A stretch of 64,000 bases of DNA from Caecitellus pseudoparvulus. Lineage: Eukaryota; Protista; Bigyra: Bicosoecida. The notes below the pieces were generated by a model. That model ran no database searches. It saw only the letters and a program-made list of their open reading frames with translations, and had not been told where the DNA came from. The position numbers and the translations under genes are program-made. This document shows positions 58,301 to 64,000 of the stretch, piece by piece (within the stretch, counting starts at the first letter, position 1; each line of letters opens with the position of its first letter). The stretch lies in NCBI GenBank assembly GCA_965644315.1, contig CBFFRQ010000036.1, positions 43,094-107,093 of the forward strand, in the 5' to 3' direction.

Positions 58301-60303
58301 GGATGGAGCCAGTGCACCTGCGAAGCCGTGTCGGTGGCCTTGGCAGCATGGCCGGCACCTTCGGGTACGTCGGCGGCGTGCCTGCTCAGGTGGCGGGGGC
58401 GCTGTCCCCCGAGCGTGCAGCACTGTCAGTGAACAGCCTGGCGCCTGGCGAGCACACCTTCGGCGTGCAGGTGCAAGATCTCAACGCTGCCTCAGACTCC
58501 AACGACGTCCGCATCATCGTCAACTCCCTGCCCACGGCCGTGATCGCGGCGTACTTCCCGTCCATGAACGAGACTGAGGCTAGCGCGGTCATCGGGTACG
58601 GAGGCACGGAGCGCACCATCAATGGGACAGCAGGGGCCTCCGGCATCGAGCCACTCGCCGGCGCCCAAGCACGACGCATGGCGGCCGTGAGCATGGCTGA
58701 CAAGGAGGCTGCCGCTGCGGCCCGGCGGGCAGCTGCTCGGGAGGCTGCTTCAAGTTGGTCAGCCTGGTCCTCACAGGCCTTGGGGCTCGAGACAGCGGAG
58801 GGCGGCGAGGCGCCCGGCATTGACGCATCCACAGGACTGCGCATGGCGCCCCAGGGCCCCCTGACGCTGAACCTGCCACTGGAAGGGCTGGACGGCACAC
58901 ACGATGTCCTGGTGCTGGATGCTGGGTGGTCGTTTGACAACGACTTTGCCAGCGACGAGCGCATCGTGACTCCAGACGCCCTGGGCACTGCTGGCATTGT
59001 GAGCGTGTCATGGGCGCTCGTGGCTGCACCCGTGTCCAACGTCAGCCGCGTGGTGACGGTGCAGGACGGCGACCGCCTGGTCATGGACACCAGCTCGCTG
59101 CAGTGGGCTGGCACGTACACGTGGGAGGCCACGGCCACCGACCAGTACGGCGCCACTGACGTCGCCAGCGTGTCGGTGAACGTGCCGCTCACCCGCGGCG
59201 AAGGCGCCAGCAGCAGCTCTGTGGCACAGGGCCTGACGCCCCAGGGCCAGCTTGGCCTCATCGCCGCTGGAGTCGTGCTCATGCTCATCGTGCTGGCTTT
59301 CGTCATCGTCCGCCGCCGCAAGGCCTTGGCAGCCCATGCGCACAGCATGACTGGCGTGCGCCCTGTGGGTCGCAAGATGACCCTGCCTTCAGCCCGGCGC
59401 AACCCAGCCCGCGCCAGTGTCATCGCTCGGCGCCCATCAGCGGCCATGGCGTCCAAGCTGGCTGTGGCGCGTGAGCTGGGTGCCATGGGCCCATCATTCC
59501 GCCGCCTGAACACAGGTGCCCCCGAAGACAACCTGCCTGTGACTGGCACTGAGTTGGGTGCGGGCGCTGCCGTGGCGGCATCACCAGGTGGTCGCCGGCA
59601 GTCGGCCACAGGCACCGGCCTTGCAAGCCAAGAGGCAGGCGGTGCCGCCCCAGCAGCGTCAAGGAAGCGAGCCAGCAGCGGCTTCTGGGCGGTGTTCGGG
59701 TTCACTGGCAAGGCTCCCAAGACCCCTCGCAGCTCCATGGTTATGCACGACAACAAGATTGGCCGGGCACGCGGGCGATCTGTGGCTCGCCCAGCTGACC
59801 CGGCCGTCACACGCGACCAGGCGCGCCCTGCTGAAGCAACGCCCGCACGCGACCGGCGTCAAAGCAAGTTTGCCGAGGCAAACCCCATGGCCTCCCGCGG
59901 CCAGATCGCCTTTGAAGCGGAGGCAGAGCGTCGGCGCCGCGGCTCGTCTGTTGCCCGCCGAACATCCATCGGCTTCATCGGCGCCAACCCCATGCGGGAG
60001 GGACGGCGGGGCGCTGGCGCCCTGCGGCGCCCGCTTGGTGCGCCACCCCGCAGCCCGCCCAGCCCACCCAGCTCCGGTCCACGCTCATCCATGGCCCGCG
60101 TGGCGGCAGCTGGGCACGCGGACATGGATGACCAAGGGCTCATCCGGTCCCCCATGCGACGCCAGTTCGCACCCAGCGGCGTGAACCCCATGCTGACGCC
60201 ACTGGGCCGCACAGGCCAAGGGCGCCGCCTGCAGCGCATCGGCAAGGCCAAGGGCGATGCACGCCTGCAGCGCATCAGCGACGTCCGGGGCGCTGGCAAG
60301 TAA
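31351..60303 (+). CDS. Giant single-pass surface protein, ~9,437 aa: signal peptide, vitellogenin/apoB-like lipid-transport N-terminus, long amphipathic helical region, ~30 FN3-like repeats, Cys-rich repeat, GPS-like motif, PKD/K319L-like domains, TM, Arg-rich tail; model join(31351..31758,31832..31945,32512..60303)
   Basis: Signal peptide MAPLLWACVVAATVSLSAA at 31351. Phase-0 introns 31759-31831 (gtgagc..cccacag) and 31946-32511 (gtgcgt..tttgcag). Stop-free 27,792-nt third exon. TM LGLIAAGVVLMLIVLAFVIV followed by RRRK at 59251-59322. Confidence 0.88.
31430..35800 (+). other. Large lipid transfer protein (Vitellogenin_N/LPD_N)-like module of the giant protein, interrupted by low-complexity insertions
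   Basis: AIAFKKGILDSL resembles apoB/Vtg NIKRGILSAL. AIVQAMGNSGHPSFVPFI..AVFSLR at ~34940-35050 resembles Vtg LKALGNAGHP..AI.ALR. VRLTALEAL follows. Confidence 0.6.
42030..57360 (+). repeat. About 30 degenerate FN3/Ig-like ~110-150 aa repeats with motifs DxTPP..G.V.DG, W..F.D.ESG[IV]..Y..A.G and V.A.N.AG......SDG..VD
   Basis: Examples DTTPP, DRTPP, DVTPP, DQTPP, DNTPP, DITPP, DLTPP, DATPP paired with FWDGFDDDLSGISEY, WEFLDYESGVESY, WRHFWDLESNITTY, WTGFTDLESGVYAY, WSGFFDTESDIAHF. Diverged at DNA level; count by eye. Confidence 0.8.
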
Positions 60304-61099
60304 GCGCTGGGCTTTTGCTTTGCACCATCCTCACGGAAGACCCTGCTTCAGCTGTGTTCTCACAGCTGAGGAGGGGTGTTTGGCTCCCAACTCTTCCGTG
60401 CAGTGAGTGGTGTGAGGAACCATCTCTGTTTGCTGTCAAGCTGGTGCCAAGGTGTGTGTGTGTGGAGCTCTTGCTCCAGGCCGCACACTTCGGCCACCTC
60501 TGAAATCCAGCTAGCTTTGCATTGCACCACACAGCACCCCCTCTTTTACTCATGACCCGCAGAGCACCTACGCACCTTGTTACAGGCACACCCATGCGAA
60601 GTGCCGTCGAAGACCCGTGCGAATCTGAGCAGCAGGGAAGGAGGCGGAGTGGTGAGCGTGCGTGTCCGTTGGCGAGGTGGAACAGCTGACGAGGCCGGCT
60701 GCAAGCGTGTCGCTTGGGCGTTGTCTCAGACTAGCTCATCAATAATCAGGGGTATCAGACGGCACTTCCTAGGTAGAGCAATCATCACTACAACGCTGCG
60801 GTGTGCGGCTGGCCCGGCGTCACGTACAATCAAGATGAATAGCAGTGGCTGGTGGCTGTCCCAATTCCGCACCTCCCCACTCCACTTCTATCGCGCCTGG
60901 GCCCAACGCAGGGTACGGTGAAGAAATTCAGGGGGCATTGGCGAGAGCGCTGGCACTGTGGACTTTGTGGGTTACAGTTTTTGTTGCTCGACCATGACTG
61001 TTGTGGGTGTCCATCCGACCTTGATCACGCCCACAGCGCAGTTCACCGGCCCGTCACCTGAGCGCGCTCTGTAAGGAGAGTTTGAAGAGTGTTTTTTTT

Positions 61100-61315
61100 C
61101 TAGAGCTCAATTTTGCGCTAGTGAAGTGAGTGGGGCGACTGCAATGCTAGTGAGAATGCATGCCCAGAGGCACACTAGTGAGCGGGGGTGGTTGTGCTCG
61201 GTACTAGTAAATTTCGCTGGGCGAGGCGCTACTAGTACGGAGGGCCGCCCAGCGCACTACTAGCGCACCGCCCAGCTGGACATTTTTCCTAGTAGTACAT
61301 TCTTCGCTAGCGCAA
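61100..61315. repeat. Phased array of CTAG-cored short motifs with unique spacers and nested inverted repeats
   Basis: CTAG starts at 61100, 61118, 61147, 61175, 61204, 61232, 61260, 61289, 61307 (spacings 18,29,28,29,28,28,29,18). IR 61113-61126/61302-61315 (13/14 match). IR 61216-61236/61256-61276 (18/21 match). Confidence 0.8.
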
Positions 61316-61425
61316 CAAGTTCGGTCTGCCGTGAATCGATTGCATTGAAACACACCTTGACAACCTGAAGAACAATGAAGTAGCTTCAGCACGGATGGCT
61401 CGGCGCCAGGTCGAGGGAGGGCATG

Positions 61426-63467
61426 TCAGGTTATCCTGGACACAATTTTGTGCGTAAGCACGGCCATCTCCGTCTGTACGTGGTGCTTCATGCGTAACGA
61501 CGTCCACAGCATGGCCAACATACAGCACGCACGCACCTTGTCGTCAACGGTCAGGCTGCTCAGGTCCCCACAATCAGTCACCCACTGCTTGTTCTTCACG
61601 TTCAAGCAGTCGACAGCAACGTTGTACGCAGCCTCCATCCATCGTAAGACAATCCTGGCCCCTTTTGCCACATCTTCTGGGCCACTGAGCGCCGCTTCCA
61701 AACGCCTGAAGCTGGGGTCGAAACGGGGGCCGCTACTGGAGTCCTCGGATCCCCGGCGTTTGAAAACAGCCTTGATGGTGGTATGATTGACGATGGCCTC
61801 ACGGGCAACGTTGACTTCCTGCAAGCACAGGCGGTGCCTTGATCGATCAGCCCTTTTTTTGCCCCTCTCAGCCTGTGGCACAAAGAGAATGCATGAGAAA
61901 GGAGCATTCGGGCCCAGCATCACCTGTGCGGGTCTAGACTCACACACATACTTACCTTGGGCACCCAACTGTGGCGGTACTCAGGGTCCTCGGAAGACAC
62001 CTCGAAGAAGGCTGGGTCGTGGTCAAGCTGAATGCTTGCACCTCCGGTGCACTTCTCATGGACTGGCTCGTACTTCCTCTGCATCTCGTGCCACGGTTCG
62101 AACTTTCCTAGGCATTCCGAACTGCGCAATGCTCAGAAGTCTGCTATGCTGCGCTCCACGGACTCGGAAGGAGTCCTCTGGGCACTCACCTCGTGATTTT
62201 GGCGCGGCACTTGCTCCTGACATTGCTCATGGCGGCCTTCAGCCCGGCGTAACTCGCACTCTTGCTGCTCTTCGCCATGTCCTTCAGCGCGCAAAGCACG
62301 CCACCCCGCTCGGTAAGCTCCTTCTGTATCGAAACCTTCCTCGCTGCTGCTATCACGTTTTCGAGGCATTTGAACTTCCACGGTGCTGAGAACCTAGGGT
62401 CGTCTAGAGCCCGGCTCGTGGCTTGTGCTCCAACCGGCACCCCATCTCCCCCTTCCTCTGTGGCTCCAGCCACCTCTCGGGCAACGTTCTGCTCGGCCTC
62501 AACTGCCTCGATGGCTGCTCGTAGTGTGTCTACCAGGTTCTCGGGGTCTGCCAAGATGAACGAAGGGTTCTCGAGGATGAGGTCGACCACGATGCGGCGG
62601 GCTTCTGCCCTGAACTTTCGGGGCCATGGGATTGAGTCTGCGCCCCCACGGGCTCTAAGAGTTCACCCAGCTGGTCTCCCCCACGAGCTCCACGTTTCTT
62701 GGAGTTCTTTGCTTCCTGCTTCTGCGTTAGTGGACCAACCATACCCACTACCTGTGAAGTTCTGAATTGCCCCAGGCCAAGTGAGAGTTGGACAAGGGAC
62801 ATGGTGTTTGCGCTCCAAACGAAAACCTCGTTCAACAACTCGATGAGACGTTTCTCGCTGGGCGTGCCAATAGACTCAAGCAGCTCCTTCGCCGATTCAA
62901 GCTTCTCAGCAAGGTCAAGCGGCCTTGGTGCCTTGATCGGTCTGCAGCTCGCCATTGTATTTGCGGCGAAGGCTTCTGGGGAAGGGGAGCGGGATTGGTC
63001 CGGTCCAACGAAGCTTAGCAGTGGCCGTTAGAACGCTGTGGCTACCGTGACTGCAGAGCAGGTACGTACGAGCCGCAATGGCAGCACTAGAACCGCCCCT
63101 AGCTGTGCCGAATAGCTCCCTGTCATCAAGGCATGTGAGTGCGTTGGCATCACCTGCACATGATGCTAGGGTGGGGTGGGGAGGCGCTGCACGGGCGTCG
63201 ATCCTGTGGCGCGAACCAGTACGTACCATTACCCTCCAGAACGTCAGGCACCCCAACGACGGACCCAGTGCAGTTGCCAGGGTGAGATGCCCAAAGCACA
63301 ACATCCCGTCGACGTTTCCCGGCCATCACAGCTTTGGCAGCCGTGCTGCGGTTGAAGAGGTGTGCAGCCTCGAGGGGTGTGGCGATACTTAACGAAGCCA
63401 CGACACTTGCCGTTGTGTCCCCTGCATCCTCGCTGTCAGAGCCCATTTCATCAAAGTGAAGTGACAT
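61426..63467 (-). CDS. Orphan multi-exon gene, ~550 aa, unknown function; exons 63467-63227, 63153-63070, 62975-~62670, ~62605-62190, 62121-61956, 61872-61426
   Basis: Four junctions are clean and phase-consistent: 63226-63154 gtacgt..gcag, 63069-62976 gtacgt..ccag, 62189-62122 gtgagt..gcag, 61955-61873 gtaagt..acag. They join five separate short ORFs from the track. The junction near 62600-62750 is unresolved. Confidence 0.65.
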
Positions 63468-63758
63468 GGTGAATGGTTGGGGTGGGTGTGCAACAAAAAG
63501 CGTATCTGAGGACTTGGTGGGTCTGAAAGTACATGCAACGGTGGAATGTCGAGACAGACTGGAAATGCACTGGACGAGGTTGCAAGGCGCCTTCAATGCC
63601 CACAGCCCAACACACACCAACGACCAACATGAAGATGCTACGGCTGCCTGGCATTGTGTTGCGTTCTCGCCTCGCTGTGCGCGTTGCGTACGTACGGTAG
63701 GGGCGCCAACGCAAGCAACGGAACTCCGCCGGTGCCCTCACGCTACAGAAGACTCAGA

Positions 63759-64000
63759 ATGAGCGCCCGCTGCAAGCTCTGCAACAAGGAGTTCGACGAC
63801 GAACGAGCTCTTGGCGGCCATATGGTCCATTGTCGTCGCAGGCGGATGAAGGCGTACAAAGAAGCACAAGTCCAACGGCTTCGTGAGGTTCAGGAGCGGC
63901 TGGCTTCAGAAGCTCGAACTACTCGCCTTGAACGCAAGCGCCACCAGCAAGCCGCGGCGCGGCCTCAACATGATGTGGGTGCCAAGCGCATGGCAGCCGG
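63759..64000 (+). CDS. Zinc-finger protein, N-terminal fragment (C2H2/C2HC finger followed by charged helix), truncated by window end
   Basis: ATG 63759 reads MSARCKLCNKEFDDERALGGHMVHCRRRRMKAYKEAQVQRLREVQERL..., matching C-x2-C-x3-F-x5-L-x2-H-x2-HC. Open to 64000. A possible upstream exon from ATG 63629 splices in frame via gtacgt..ctacag. Confidence 0.65.
   Translation, partial: MSARCKLCNKEFDDERALGGHMVHCRRRRMKAYKEAQVQRLREVQERLASEARTTRLERKRHQQAAARPQHDVGAKRMAA

Larger units (their letters stand above)
60700..64000. mobile_element. Putative terminus of a DNA transposon or other mobile element; class unresolved (CMC/EnSpm/Plavaka-like or Helitron-like)
   Basis: Lower GC and loss of CTAG avoidance, a subterminal-repeat-like palindromic array, an orphan gene and a divergent Zn-finger ORF. 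No transposase catalytic domain, TIR pair or TSD is visible in the window; the left boundary is approximate. Confidence 0.35.

Noticed and set aside
60304-61060. Short ORFs after the giant gene
   Set aside because: No coding bias or motifs; probably 3' UTR and element flank.
61100-61315. CRISPR array call for the CTAG array
   Set aside because: The conserved core is only ~6-8 bp, there are no cas genes, and the context is eukaryotic and intron-containing. Reported as a phased motif array instead.
61426-63467. Fanzor/TnpB identity for the orphan gene upstream of a structured element
   Set aside because: No RuvC D-E-D motifs or CxxC zinc ribbon recognisable in the spliced product.
60500-64000. 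Endogenous virophage or Polinton-like insertion
   Set aside because: Not strongly AT-rich, carries host-type introns, and shows no capsid, pPolB, ATPase or integrase motifs in the window.
1-64000. tRNA, rRNA or snRNA genes
   Set aside because: No cloverleaf or box A/B pattern or conserved rRNA tract seen by eye; tRNAscan-SE or Infernal would be decisive.

Overview
GC-rich, very gene-dense eukaryotic DNA with short GT-AG spliceosomal introns. The Ala-rich proteins and gene set suggest a heterotrophic protist, possibly a stramenopile; that assignment is inference only. Positions 1-60303 hold eight host genes. In order: a ~2000-aa hypothetical protein, a full-size PDR-type ABCG transporter, an ARMT1/DUF89 damage-control phosphatase, a ~3100-aa LRRC74/RNI-like LRR protein with an unnamed 5x repeat, a DHCR24/DWF1-like FAD oxidoreductase, ALDH7 (antiquitin) with a spliced mitochondrial presequence including a 14-nt microexon, a C11orf65/MFI-like IQ protein, and a ~9,437-aa single-pass surface protein. 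The giant protein has a signal peptide, a vitellogenin/apoB-like lipid-transport N-terminus, about 30 FN3-like DxTPP repeats, a GPS-like CHL|T motif, a TM helix and a basic tail, and is encoded mostly by one 27.8-kb exon. After ~60.5 kb the composition changes: GC falls and CTAG becomes frequent. This segment carries an array of CTAG-cored motifs spaced 18,29,28,29,28,28,29,18 bp with unique spacers and nested inverted repeats (61100-61315). Next to it are an intact multi-exon orphan gene (minus strand) and a divergent zinc-finger ORF that runs off the window, together most likely the end of a mobile element. No rRNA, tRNA or true CRISPR array was seen. Exon models were built by hand from splice consensus and reading-frame phase and need RNA-seq confirmation.
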